Assembly (NCBI RefSeq): GCF_006345805.1
Contig: NC_042997.1
Coordinates: 90,148,001-90,212,000 of the forward strand
Direction: 5' to 3'
Length of the DNA stretch: 64,000 bases
Source of the DNA: Octopus sinensis
Taxonomy: Eukaryota
This document shows positions 37,971-51,129 of the stretch, piece after piece. A model generated the notes under the pieces. The model made no database searches. It saw only the letters and a list, made by a program, of their open reading frames with translations, and was not told the DNA's origin. Position 1 is the stretch's first letter. Every line of letters starts with the position of its first letter. A program made the translations under genes and the position numbers.

Positions 37971-40117
37971 TTTTCAGAGTGAACTGAATAGCACGTGGTT
38001 GGAAAGCAAGCTTCTTAACGCACAGTGATGCCCACTTTATAGAAATAATTTATAAAAAATATCGTGCTTCTTCATAGTAATCTGTCTAACTTATTTTGGT
38101 TGTTTTCAATTTAATAAATCTGTAGTAGGTCTCTGCCTCAATCCGAACCATCTTCCTTGGATTTCGAATTGTGAAACACGGCAGAATTTTAGTACCATGT
38201 AAAACATGGTCGACTCCTTTGAGAATAGAACATCCGCCTAAATATTTATCGGCCAGAGGCCAAGCGGTTAGGGTATTCAGCTCAAGATCGTATGGTCGTG
38301 AGTTCGACACCTGGCAGCACGCTATGTCCTTGAGCAAGACACTTAATTTGAAGTTTCTCCAGTCCACTCAGCTGGCAAAATTGAGTTGCGTCCATATATC
38401 AAAGGACCGTCTTTGTCACATTCTGTGTCACGCTGAATTTCCCTGAGAACTAACTTAAGGGTACGCGTTTCTGTGAAGTGCTCAGCCACATGCACGTTAA
38501 TTTAACGCGCAGGCTGTTCAGTTGATCGGATCAACTAAAACACTCGTCGTCGTAACCGACATAGTGCTAAGTTTTTGTTTTTTTCTATCTATCAGTCAGC
38601 ATTGGCTGGCATGTATCAGCTAACGGCGGTGAACACCAAAGGGAAGTTATTTAAGCTTCCTGCCAAATTGTAATTTAGAAGACTCTAGAACGGTCATGGG
38701 CAAACTTCGGCCCGAGGGACTTTCTGAATAGTACGGCTAAGGAAAAATGACCTTGAATTGTTCTAGTTGTGCAACACGTTCAGTAATGAGCCATGTCTCA
38801 TGCAGTCAGCTTCTCCAAAACTGTCGCCCATGCTTGCTCAAGGAAATTTTGCTTGGCGTTATAATAGCTGGAGATATGAACTCCACGCCAGAGATAGACA
38901 ACCTAGATTCCACTCGAAACCTTTTCACATTGTTCCATGAAATATGCTCTCATCTTCTTCAACTTGTCCTTATTTAATACTCTGAAAATGTGTCCGACAA
39001 AAGTATTTTGAATCACTCCATTCATCCATCCATCTAATTATCTGCTATAACCGCTAATTGTATAAGAAAAAAAAATTAGCAAATATAACACAATAAATTT
39101 AGCTAGATCAGTGTCTAAAATATACATGCATAGATGTTCTTCGTATTATATAAATACTTCGTACAAATATAATATATAAACATTTTATTATAATAATTGT
39201 ATGGAAACTCTATTTGAATTGACTTATGGTCATTCTTGTCCAACTTCTTACTTAATTGATAATTATCAATGATCCTAATAATGACTATCACAGACTTTTA
39301 CTAGCGGAAATACATCTCACCGGAAGGTTTTCCACCCATCAAGTTGTACTGATATATATATATATATATATGTATATATAATTAAATGATAAGGGTAGGA
39401 ATTGATATTAATCAATTAAAACCAGTGGGTTAGCATATTTTAAAAAATCCGAAGATTAAAAATTGTGTTACATATAAAATTTAGAGGAGTGGCCACTAAA
39501 GTGGACAGTCTATATGCTAAACATAGACGTCAAATCGCTATTACCATGAATAATGTGTTCTCAAGAAAAATCTCAGTAAAAAAACAAAATGTAAAGATAA
39601 GCAAGACAAATGAAAATATACAAAATAAAAAAAACGATTACCTATGTACCATTGGTTTCACTTGTTAATATCTACGTATATGAACACGCAAATATCTGCA
39701 AGATCATCAGCATAGTCTGTCGTTTACAAAACATAATTTCTAGAACTAGATACAGAACGCTCAACCGAAATCCAGCATGTATAAAGTTCTACAAATTGTG
39801 TGTGTGTATAGTCGTTACTAAAATGACTGAGGGTGCTAGTCAGCACCAGCATTGCTAGAAATAAAAGTCAAAACAACCCTTAGCCACGTGCTAGCATTTA
39901 TCTAACGACTGACAAAGGAGACAAGAGAGATGGAGTCATATCATGGATGATTTCAGATTTGATTAATCTTCATCATACATATCGTCAGTAGTTCATATAT
40001 CCGGAAAAGAAGCACACTGTAAAGCAGTAATGTATCTTTTAGAAGTTAAAGCCGATCATAGAATGACCATTAGTTTCGTATCTATAAAGAGCTTAGCCAT
40101 ATAGGCAACTCATGAGA

Positions 40118-40156
<39 letters not shown>

Positions 40157-40168
40157 TGAATCCAAACT

Positions 40169-40321
40169 ATCAAAATAAGCAAGAGGATATCAAGTGACAT
40201 ATTTTGGTGTGGTCATTTTGGTATAAAGCTGTTAATGACAAAGGTGACCAAAAGGTCACACACATTTGGTTCTCACGCATAGTGTACATACACTACTTGA
40301 TATCCTGTTGCTTATTTTGAT
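40169..40321. mobile_element. Small MITE-like element with ~27-bp TIRs
   Basis: atcaaaataagcaagaggatatcaagt / acttgatatcctgttgcttattttgat. Confidence 0.6.
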
Positions 40322-40578
40322 TTTATTAATCTTACTTTGAGCCGTGCGGAGAATACCGGAGTGACTTGGTGCATCAACGTAAGTACCTGATTCAACTGAA
40401 TTTTTATGATTTCTTATATATATATAGGCGTAGGAGTGGCTGTGTGGTAAGTAGCTTGCTTACGTACCACATGGTTCCGGGTTCAGTCCCACTGCGTGGC
40501 ACCTTGGCCAAATGTCTTCTATTATAGCCTCAGGCTGACCAAAGCCTTGTGAGTGGATTTGGTAGACGGAAAGTGAAA

Positions 40579-40670
<92 letters not shown>

Positions 40671-40747
40671 TTAGGGAGTATAACTCCAAATTTACAGGGA
40701 AAAATTCAATTTAGTATTAAATCAAATTTCACAGTATAAATATATAA

Positions 40748-40907
40748 AATATGAATTAGAGATAAAACCACTATTATGCAACTCAAACAGTGATAGACAT
40801 AAACCAATACATAAATAACAAATATATATAATATATAATATATGTATTGGTTTATGTCTATCACTGTTTGAGTTGCATAATAGTGGTTTTTATCTCTAAT
40901 TCATATT
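40748..40907. repeat. Fold-back inverted repeat, ~66-bp arms, 27-bp AT-rich spacer
   Basis: aatatgaattagag...ccaatacata is mirrored by tatgtattgg...ctaattcatatt. Confidence 0.9.
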
Positions 40908-40916
40908 ATATATATA

Positions 40917-40960
<44 letters not shown>

Positions 40961-41515
40961 TTATGTTTGTGTGTTTGTCCACCCTCCCCCAACATCGCTT
41001 GATAACTGATGGTTGTGTGTTTACGTCCCCGTAACTTAGCAGTTCGACAAAAGAGACCGATAGAATAAGTACTAGGTTTACAAAGAGTAAGTCCTGGGGT
41101 CAATTTGCACGACTAAAGGCGGTACTCCAGCATGGCCGCAGTCAAATGATTGAAACAAGTAAAAGTGAAAGTGAATATATATATATATAGGAGAGGAAAA
41201 AATAATAAGGCAGAATGCTAAACTGAAAGTAAATTTTTATAAAAATGGGTGTATGAAAAAATAAAAAAAGAAATCAAACGGGCTTTCATTGCATGGCAAA
41301 TTTTCAAGATTTGGAAGGGAAAATTTTTTTTTTAAATTGAGGAAGGGGTAAAAAGAAATTTACAATGTTTTTTCAAAAAAATAATACACATATACAAAAA
41401 TTAATAAATAAGTATACCAATACATTGTAGTGTCTTTATGCTTTTAGAGTTCAATAGTAGTCCATGGAAAGACTTCTTTGGAGGATTAGGATGCACAACC
41501 CCACCAATTACTGAC

Positions 41516-41537
<22 letters not shown>

Positions 41538-41553
<16 letters not shown>

Positions 41554-41939
41554 ATACCACTAACCCCTATACATCCCATACACTATTCACATTACAGATT
41601 TATATCTACCCTAATTGCACCAGATCCAGAACTACTTACCTCCCTTACACATAATCGTTTTAATCAGAGACTAGTAGATCTGACACTGTTCATTAATCGG
41701 TGTGCATTCAAAGCAATGATTAGTAAATTAACGAAACCCGTATGCTTTTGAATCTCTTTAACAATTCACAATAATGACTTTTATTACTTTTATTCCTACC
41801 TCAGTTCATCTAATTGTATATATCTATTGTTACTTTTCATAAAAGCCTTTACTTTTTTTATTTCCAATATGCATTTTCGCTTATTTTTCTTCTTACATTT
41901 TCACGTGTAGTTTCTATTTTCATTTTTAAAACATATTTC

Positions 41940-41940
<1 letters not shown>
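41538..41940 (+). mobile_element. ~400-bp non-coding element between (TA)n tracts, containing a hammerhead-like motif
   Basis: Unique block bounded on both sides by (TA)n, with an internal ribozyme-like fold. Confidence 0.45.
41707..41752 (+). ncRNA. Minimal hammerhead with A3-U8 in place of C3-G8
   Basis: ttcaaagca-ATGATTA-gt(aaatta)ac-GAA-ac(cc)gt-A-tgcttttgaa. Confidence 0.55.
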
Positions 41941-41973
<33 letters not shown>

Positions 41974-41976
<3 letters not shown>

Positions 41977-42176
41977 TCGCCATGATAGATCGTTAGCCAC
42001 TACACACATTTTTTTCTCTCCTTGTTTCTCTCCTTGTTTTTTCTGTGTCCCTTTCTGTAGAAGAGCGTAGGCTCGAAACGTAAAAGACTTTTTCTATTCC
42101 TGAGCGTTATACTAATACATCTGCTTGTTTTGTACACCACCTGTCTTCGTCTTTTGTTTTTTTCGTAAACTCTCCC
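41974..42176 (+). mobile_element. ~203-bp non-coding element within (TA)n carrying a hammerhead-like motif (copy B)
   Basis: Homologous to 25844-26050. Confidence 0.75.
42051..42086 (+). ncRNA. Minimal hammerhead-like motif with variant core
   Basis: cttt-CTGTAGAA-gagc(gtag)gctc-GAA-acgt-A-aaag. Confidence 0.55.
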
Positions 42177-42606
42177 TATATATATATATATATATATATA
42201 TACTGTTGTGTCTGGGGAGAGTCATTCTTTTTTGGTGCCTTATAATTTAACACACTCACCGGTAAAATTTCCACTTCTTTCTTTTTTATTTTTTTCTAAG
42301 ATTTTCGTTGAGTCTTGCAACCTTTCCAATAGTCGTTGACTCTGTCCGTTATTCACACTGCGTTCCTTTTTGTTTGTTTTTGCGCATGTTTGTGGATTAG
42401 TGTGCTTATACATACATGCATGCATGTATGTATGTATGTATGTATGTATGTATGCATGCATGCATGTGTGTATGCATGTATGTGCGTGTGCATATGTATC
42501 TAACTATGTGTGTACATTTGTATGTATGTATTCTGCATACATGCAACAGAATATACTTCAACACACAAACTCACATAAAGAATCTTGCAAACCAAATCCA
42601 AAAACG

Positions 42607-42645
<39 letters not shown>

Positions 42646-43585
42646 CTCTTTTATTCTTTGTTTCAGTCATTTGACTACAGCCTTACTGGAGCACCACCTT
42701 TAGTCGAACAAATCGACCTCAGGACTTCTTCTTTGTAAGACTAGTACTTATACCATCGGTCTCTTTTTGCCGACACACACACAGACACACACACACACGA
42801 CTAGCTTATTTCAGTTTCCGTCAACCAAATCCACTCACAAGGCTTTGGTCGGTCCGAGGCTATAGTAGAAGACACTAGCCTAAAGTGCCACGTAGTGGAA
42901 ATGAACCCAGAACCATGTGGTTGGGAAGTAAGTTTCTTATCACACAACCATGCCTGTGCCTATACATACATACATACATACATACATACATACATACATA
43001 CATACATACATACATACATGCATACATACATACATACATACATACAAACATGTGTGTATGTATGTGTGTGTGTGTGGCAAAGAGGCAAATTTTCCCTTTC
43101 ATTTATATGCCTGTCCTACCCCAACCGATGGGCATGACCGTGTGGTTGGGAAGCCCGCTATGCAACCAGATGGTTTCGAGCTCAGTCCTTACTGCATGTT
43201 GCTTTAGTGTCTTCTACAGCTCCGGGCTGACTAATGTCATGTGAATAAATTTGGTAGACGGAAACTGTATGGAAGGTTGCCATTTATATATATGTAAACG
43301 TTTGCTCTTGTGTCTGTGTATGTCCCATCACTACTTGACAATCGGTGCTGATTTGTCTACGTCCCTGTAACTTAGCGGTTTCGGTAAAAGAGTTCGATTG
43401 AATAAACAAATGACTTCGTCAAGGGACGATGTAGTTTACGCTTCACTTATGAGGTCATAATAAGACAAAAACAAACACCAATTTGTTTCCCTTGCCGAAA
43501 AACATAAAAATAATATTAATCATAGAAAAATATTGTTCGTTTCAAGATCATACAATCATTTCTATTTAAGGATTTGGTGCTCAAT

Positions 43586-43785
<200 letters not shown>

Positions 43786-44207
43786 TAAATGTCTTAACAT
43801 TTATTTGACTAATTTATTTAGGAACTGGTGAATAAAAGCATATCTTCAGTGCTATTGGCAATTCAAAATGAAATTGCGATGAAACGAAAAATCATTTATG
43901 AAATAACTCTATAGAAGAACAACAGTTTTCTTAATTCTGTAGTAAAAAATCATTTTAAAGAATTAATCTTAGTAATAGGAAAAACATGAATTTGTGTTAT
44001 ATATATATATATAAACTATCAAACACAAATTCTTATATACATGTGTGTGTGTGTGTGTGTTTGAATGCATAAATACATGCATATATATATATATATACAT
44101 ACGTACATACACACACAAATATACATACATATGTATGTATGCGTGCGTGTGTGTATGTATGTGTATGCGTGTGTGTATATATATGTGTATGTATGTATAT
44201 ATATGTG

Positions 44208-44255
<48 letters not shown>

Positions 44256-44363
44256 CGTACATACACACACAAATATACATACATATGTATGTATGCGTGC
44301 GTGTGTGTATGTATGTGTATGCGTGTGTGTATATATATGTGTATGTATGTATATATATATGTG

Positions 44364-44408
<45 letters not shown>

Positions 44409-45388
44409 GTACACATATACGTACATACGTGTGTATGTATGCATCTTAAGAATTGATAAAAGCAGACTCAATGATGAAATATGCCAGTTGTTTGCAAGTG
44501 AAATTAGTATTCTTCGTTGTAATGCAATATAACTCACTGCAGAATGGTGCGTCCTCCTTCTACGAAACCTTATTGTCTGTTAGAATTCAACAATAGCTCC
44601 ATCAAATGGTTATCACGTAGGTAGCAAGGCAGATATGAAGCTCACCCCGTCATAGACAATTATGTCAGAGCACTGCCAAAAGTGAATACTCGAGGTGTTG
44701 CTGGCCTGGAAGAAAATCCTTGGGACGTTTTCCTATTGGTCCTTCCAGGAATTTCTTATGCATAACTAAATAGATTTGATCAGTGTAAGAAGAATTGGGT
44801 TGGGAGTTGTAGCAGCTGAATCTAATAAGTGCCGTCTTAACATGTCAAGTGAAATCTTGCCTAAGCTTGTGCGTTACTTGGATGTAATGAATTAATTATA
44901 AACGACGAAATGCTGGCCAGAAAGGCGAAGTAGGTTTGTGTAGGCAACTGACAAAGTTATTGACCCCAAACGCTTTTGGATAAGAATTCTTGCAAGCTCC
45001 ATGTTAAAACCAACATTCACTGACAGTTTTATGTAAAATAAAGCACAAGATTAATAGAAAAAAAGAGATAGAAAAACAAATGAATAAACAAATGAAATAG
45101 GATATTTGAAAGTACTTATATTGAAAACATACATTGTGTGTACATGAATGCAACCTTTAGATATATGCAAACTTATATATCTTAAGCACACACATATACA
45201 CACACATATACATACACATATACACACATACACACACACGGATATATATATATATATATAATAATCTTGTATATCATGCATATAAACCATTCTCAACACG
45301 GGAAAACACAAACACAGAATCATACACACATTCATATACTCATTCAAACAAAAACATTTTCCTATACAATCATACAAATACATACATA

Positions 45389-45437
<49 letters not shown>

Positions 45438-45989
45438 ATATGTATACAAATATGACTGCATCTCACTATCTGTCTGTCTGTTTGTCTGTACGTCCATCCG
45501 TCTGTCTGTCAGTCTTCTGTCTGTCTGAATATCTATCTGTTTGCCTGTATGCCTGTCTGTGTGTATATATGTTTCTGTTTTTAATTATTTAAATTTTCCC
45601 TTTGAAGAAGGAGATGGTTTTTAACAAAGATACAAAGCTCCATCTTTGGAATGTAAAAAACGAAAGCAATGTCACATTTTAAACTTGAGTAAAGTCTTGC
45701 ATTTTTGTACTGTTCCACTCAGACATTGTATTTGAAATGCGCTGGTCAGCCGGTTGGTTTCTTTTTCTGAAAACCCAAGCTTATTCAAACTGACAGTTAA
45801 GCATTTACTTACAAAACCAAGTGCTCCTATTATTACTGGTATAAATGTAAATTTGTAATCCGCATACAGAAGCTGGAAGTTTCGAAGCTGTTATAGTCCA
45901 TAATTATCTTTTTTCTCTTTGATTTTCAAAGAGATATACACATCAGCAGGACAACTGACTTCTATGACGGTACATAATTTTTCTTGTCT

Positions 45990-46470
45990 GTCCGAAACTA
46001 CAATATCTGGCCTGTTATGCTTACACTTGACAGATATTTTGATGACAATGTCCCACTAGTATTCCCTGTGCTGGTAGTTGTGTACATATTCAATAGCAGG
46101 CGGATTCTCTATATTTATTCTGGGACAGTCCTTCTTCCGGATGACATTCTATATTGTTTTGACGTTTTTGGGCAGCTGCTAATCACACGCATGATGTCTT
46201 TCACAGAAATATGGCATAATCGACATTTTCGGTTGCATCTTGAAACTCCAAGGTCTTTATTATCTCTTTTATTTATTAGGCATTTAGAAGAAATCTCCTG
46301 TTCTTGGAGAGTAAAAGCATATCCTTCGAAGTGTGATAATGTAGCGGTCACGAGTCCAAGAGAGGATTCGCTTCATGTCAATGTTACTGTCTTCTTCAAG
46401 CCTTCGGGAAATATACCCATGCATGGTCTTTTTTGGTATGCGAAGCGTTTCACCTCCAAGTTTTCTTTTT
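45990..46470 (-). mobile_element. R4/Dong-like LINE fragment (CCHC zinc-finger region)
   Basis: EGYAFTLQEQEISSKCLINKR...CRLCHISVKDIMRVISSCPK. Confidence 0.65.
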
Positions 46471-46895
46471 GAGATATGCTAGTCCGACTGATTTGAAACA
46501 GATTGCTTCGTAAAGCTGCAAAAAAATGAAAATATACCACATAATATTAGAAAAATTTGTTTTCAGGAAAGTAAGAAACAGCATGACTTAAAACAAGAAC
46601 AATATTATGAACATAACAGTGCAGATAAATAACCTCTAGTACTCTCTCCCCTCTCTTCTCTCTCTCTCTCTCTTTAATCTTTTCCGGAACACCACTAAGT
46701 TCGCATGCGATGATAGCAGCTTCGTCGCATATTTGAGCAACAAACATATTTTAAACAGCCCTACTCATCAAAGTGCTTTGTAGCTAAATCTGAAGTAGCT
46801 TAAGCACTTTTTCTTCCCTATTGCCAGAAAATCCAAGAAATATCTAATTTCTCTATTTCTGTCAACGTTAGATGAAAGTTGAGATAAGCAGCTTC

Positions 46896-47729
46896 CGAGG
46901 GGTACCCAAAAGAAACCGGAATTTTGCAATGTATTTTTATCGTCTTCAAATTATTCTCCATTTGAAGCAATGCATTGGTCCAGGCGCGTTTTCCACTGTT
47001 CGAAGAAGTGCTGGAACTCTTGCAAAGTGATACCTTTTTACGTCTCCGTCGTTTTTTTCTTCACCTCTTCCACATTTGCAAATTCCGTAGCACCAGCTTT
47101 CGTCACCAGTGATGACCTTCGAAAAAAGGTCCGGATCAATTTCCAACTGTTCTTCCAGTTCACGAAACGCATTCTGTAAACAAGCGAGACACAAATTTTG
47201 CCGCAACTTTTTTCATTCCCAATTCCTCGCTCAAAATTCGTTGATAGGAGCTCCAGGAACACCAGTCATATCAAGAATTTCGTCCAATGTTTAGTGATGG
47301 TCCTCCAATATCAGTTCATGAATTTTCATGATGTTTTCATTCGTTCAGGAAGTCGACGGACACCCTGGACAAAGTTGGTCTTCAAGCGACAAGTGAAAAC
47401 CACCCGTAAACTTATGTCTTGCTCATGTCAGCGTCCTTGTAAGCTGTTCGAAGCATGACAAATGTTTCGGCCGCCGTTTTCCCCAACAGAAAACAGAATT
47501 TCACGGAAGCACGCTGTTACTTTGTTTCAGCCATCGCAAAAATCGATGAACCAGAGAGAAGCACTACAAAGCAAAGATGCAGTACGTGGCAGTACGACTT
47601 CAAAAGACGACACCAGCCAGCAGACTGATGCCTGAGGGTTGCATCAAGTGGCTACTAGCGGCAGAAGTCTGAACTACAACGGACTTGTCCCACAGAGAAC
47701 GTTTCCGGTTACTTTTGGGTACCCCCTCG
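46896..47729 (-). mobile_element. Internally deleted mariner element, 834 bp
   Basis: TIRs cgaggggtacccaaaagaaaccggaa / ttccggttacttttgggtaccccctcg followed by TA; DPDLFSKVITGDESWCYG; FANVEEVKKKTTETLK...FEQWK. Confidence 0.9.
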
Positions 47730-48997
47730 TATATCAGAAGTTTCATCCCTTAAAGTAGTAACTCACGTTCTGTATTTTTCTTTTTAATATGGTCCAGGAA
47801 TATTGACAATGTCCCAAACATCAACTCACTGCCTGCAAATTGAACCCTAACTAGAATGTTCGAATGTAAAAACGACCAAACAGCACAAACAGGACTCACT
47901 CAATGATTGAAGAAGTAGAAACGGGATGTCATTAACTTTTGTTTTTGCCGCTTTTTTTCTTTCACAAACCATAACCTGTATCATTCAACCACTACCGTAG
48001 TTGAATATATTCTTAAGTCCACCATTTCATCAATCGCAGCAGCTTCCAAGATTCACCATTAATTCAGTTCTCAACTAAATTGCAAACTGTTAACTGTTTT
48101 AAAGAGGACACCTCCTCACCTACACTTTGGCATAAATAGTTTGAGATTTGGTTCAGTAGAAAAAAGTTACATCAAAATATCTGCGACCTCAAGGGGGGCA
48201 GTAAGGCACCTATTCACCTTCAATTAACATAAACGTTTTATTTTAAATTAAAACTATAACTTTCTTAGGCTTAAATGATAGAAAAATGCATGAGGAATTC
48301 AGAATCACTAGTCGCATTGAACAAAATTTAGTAGAAAAAGAGTTATGAGGTAAAATGTTACCAAATTTCCTGTCAGTAAGTAAGAGAGCAAGGGAGTAAC
48401 GCTTCAGCTATAAGAATAAAGAATATATTTCTAAAATCAATACTTAATTTCTTAGACGGCGAGATGGCAGAAACGTTAGCGCGTCGGCTGAAATGCTTAA
48501 CTGTATTTCGTTTGTTTTTATGCTCCTTGAGTTCAAATTTCCTCGAGGTCGACTTTGACGTACGGATTATTTCATTAATTTTTTTTTTAACTGAACACTT
48601 TCAAACTTCCGATGCTGGTAGAATGTTTCACATAGAACAGGGTTTACTCTTAACGTTTCTGAAAATATTTCGTAATTTAGAAGTGGTATTTCGCCTGTCT
48701 TTACGTTCTGAGTTCAAATTCCATCGCGGTCGACTTTGCCTGTCATCCATTTCGGATCTATTCAATTAGACGTACAGATTATTTAATTAATTTTTTTTAA
48801 CTAAACACTTTCAAACTTCCTATACTGGTAGAATGTGTTACATAGAACAGGGTTTTTCTCTTAACGTTTTAGACAAAATTTTGTATTTTAGAAGTTATTT
48901 CGTCAGAAGTTACAATGTGACGATGGGCAAATTTGTGTTTGATAAGTACCAATACACGAAACTCTCAGCTTTTGACTTTCTCTCTAACTTCTGTCGA

Positions 48998-49054
<57 letters not shown>

Positions 49055-49786
49055 ATATATACATATTACATATATGTGTACAAAAATCTCATCACACAAT
49101 CGAACCAATGAAAGAGCCTCTACCTGGTCGCTCGACACGCTAAATCACACGCCCATTGTATGAAATGTCCTAGATTATCCCTAAAAAGACGGTTTACTGA
49201 AGGCTGGAATGTCTTTGATGATACATTTGCAGTATCAAGGTTGATTTGAGACTAAATAACATTATCATCAATTTCTATATTAACACCCGCAATTTTTTCA
49301 CTAAGAAAAAAAATTTGATTTTTTGCGAGGAATCAAGTACTCTGACCTCCTAATATGCTGCAAATCCCTTATTTTGGTTCCGAAAAAATTAGTGGGAGGG
49401 AGGGGGGCAAATCGCAGAATCATTGGAAATTTTATTTTTCGTTGAATGAATTCCTGTGAACTCCTAATATAGCAAAATTAGGTTACTTAAGGTGAGCCTG
49501 GTAACTGATGGTTTTGGAGGTCTTGTTGTTTGTAACTTTTGGTGAGCCATGGTGCAACCAGCAACATGGTAAAAATCCCTGCCATTAATTTGGTGTGGAT
49601 GGGTAATATCAAATAATTCAATCACAACATATATTTAAATTAAACACAGAAAAAATTGAAATATTATCATCACTTACATGGGAAAATTGAAATATTATCT
49701 TTCAGTATTTTATAAGGTAAAATCTTAAATAATTAATTGACACATTATTAATTATAATATAACAGAAATGCCTGGAAAAATCATGG

Positions 49787-50287
49787 ATTACATGGGAAAA
49801 TGCAAACATGAAAAGTAATATTCTTAAGATTAGAAACCTGGAAAAGTACAGGACAAGTTATTACACCTGTAAAAGTATAGGACAAACTATTATTTCAAGT
49901 AAAGTGAAGAATAAGAGACTTTTTACTTAATTAAAATTTGAATAAAATTTGAATATTAAAAATTATTTTATTATAGTTTACAAATAACACTATACTTATT
50001 TAAGTAGAATTTGGCTAATTTACTACCTTAAATACAGAAAAAAAGTGACTAATTAGACAAACTCACAAATTAGCTGAACAGTTTTGTACAATAAATTTAA
50101 AAGATGAGAACTGTAAAGAAGTGGCATTCTTTGCTGCAATATTTTAAGTAAAAAGTCTCTTATCCTTTACTTTACTTGAAGTAATAGTTTGTCCTATACT
50201 TTTATAGGTGTAATAACTTATCCTGTACTATTCCAGGTTTCTAATCTTAAGAATATTACTTTTCATGCTCGCATTTTTCCATGTAAT
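49787..50287. mobile_element. MITE-like fold-back element with 144-bp inverted arms
   Basis: 49787-49930 is the reverse complement of 50144-50287 with a few substitutions; 213-bp AT-rich spacer. Confidence 0.8.
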
Positions 50288-51129
50288 ATAGAATTATCTG
50301 TGTGCTAACTGCCAGTGGCGACGATACAACTTAAGTTAGCCAGGTGCAAGAATCTACACAACTCAGTGATGATGAAGACTTACGACATCTACTATCATTA
50401 TTAAGGCAACATTTCACACAAACTGTACTTGTTTATCCTGGTGTAAATATCTTTTTTTCTGTCGTCGATCGTAACGAAAATACTTTGTTTTCTTAAATAA
50501 ATATTTTGTATTCTTAAATAAATATTTTATATTCGGAAACTCATGCAGACTTTTTGTTCATTCATCTCTTAACTCAACTGAGGTATATCTTCATTACACT
50601 GGTGACAACCAAATCGAAATATATTTATCTTACGGTCCTAACTGAATGGATTAGATCGTTCTTAATAGTTGATGACCATATTTTTAAAACAGTTGCAGTT
50701 TTTTTAATGATTTTTACAATTTTTCATCAAAACCGACGCAGAGGGCAATCTAACTATAGTTAAGCCTATTACAGATAACTCATTTTAATCGACACCACGA
50801 AAGCTCGATTCTTGTTTTCTCCAAATCATTTTATTCTAATTAGACTGTTTAAGATACCTGTTTTCCAAAACTTCATTGCGTTTTCTGATAGCAAGTAGTT
50901 TTAGCATGCCAAAGGATTAAATCGATTCTATCTGTTTTCCGAAATTGTTTAAAATTAATATAGGCTTGTAAATGGATAACTGATTTTTCGTGAAAAGTTT
51001 ACAATTTTTGTGATGAGCCATTGCTGTGTACATGTTATTAAAAATTGTCATACTTTTTATTCACAGAACTTCAAAGTGAATTCTTCATTTGAAAATAAGA
51101 CATTGCGAACAATATAATTTATCATTCTT

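Noticed and set aside
39290-39350. Hammerhead-like remnant on the minus strand (ttgatgg-gtggaaa...tttccgc-tagt)
   Set aside because: The GAAA half of the core is missing
48930-48975. TTGATAA-gt..ac-GAAAC motif resembling a U3-A8 hammerhead
   Set aside because: No NUH triplet and no stem I pairing
50344-50763. Possible two plus-strand exons (VQESTQLSDDEDLRHLL...)
   Set aside because: Weak donor, no homology, and located amid repeats
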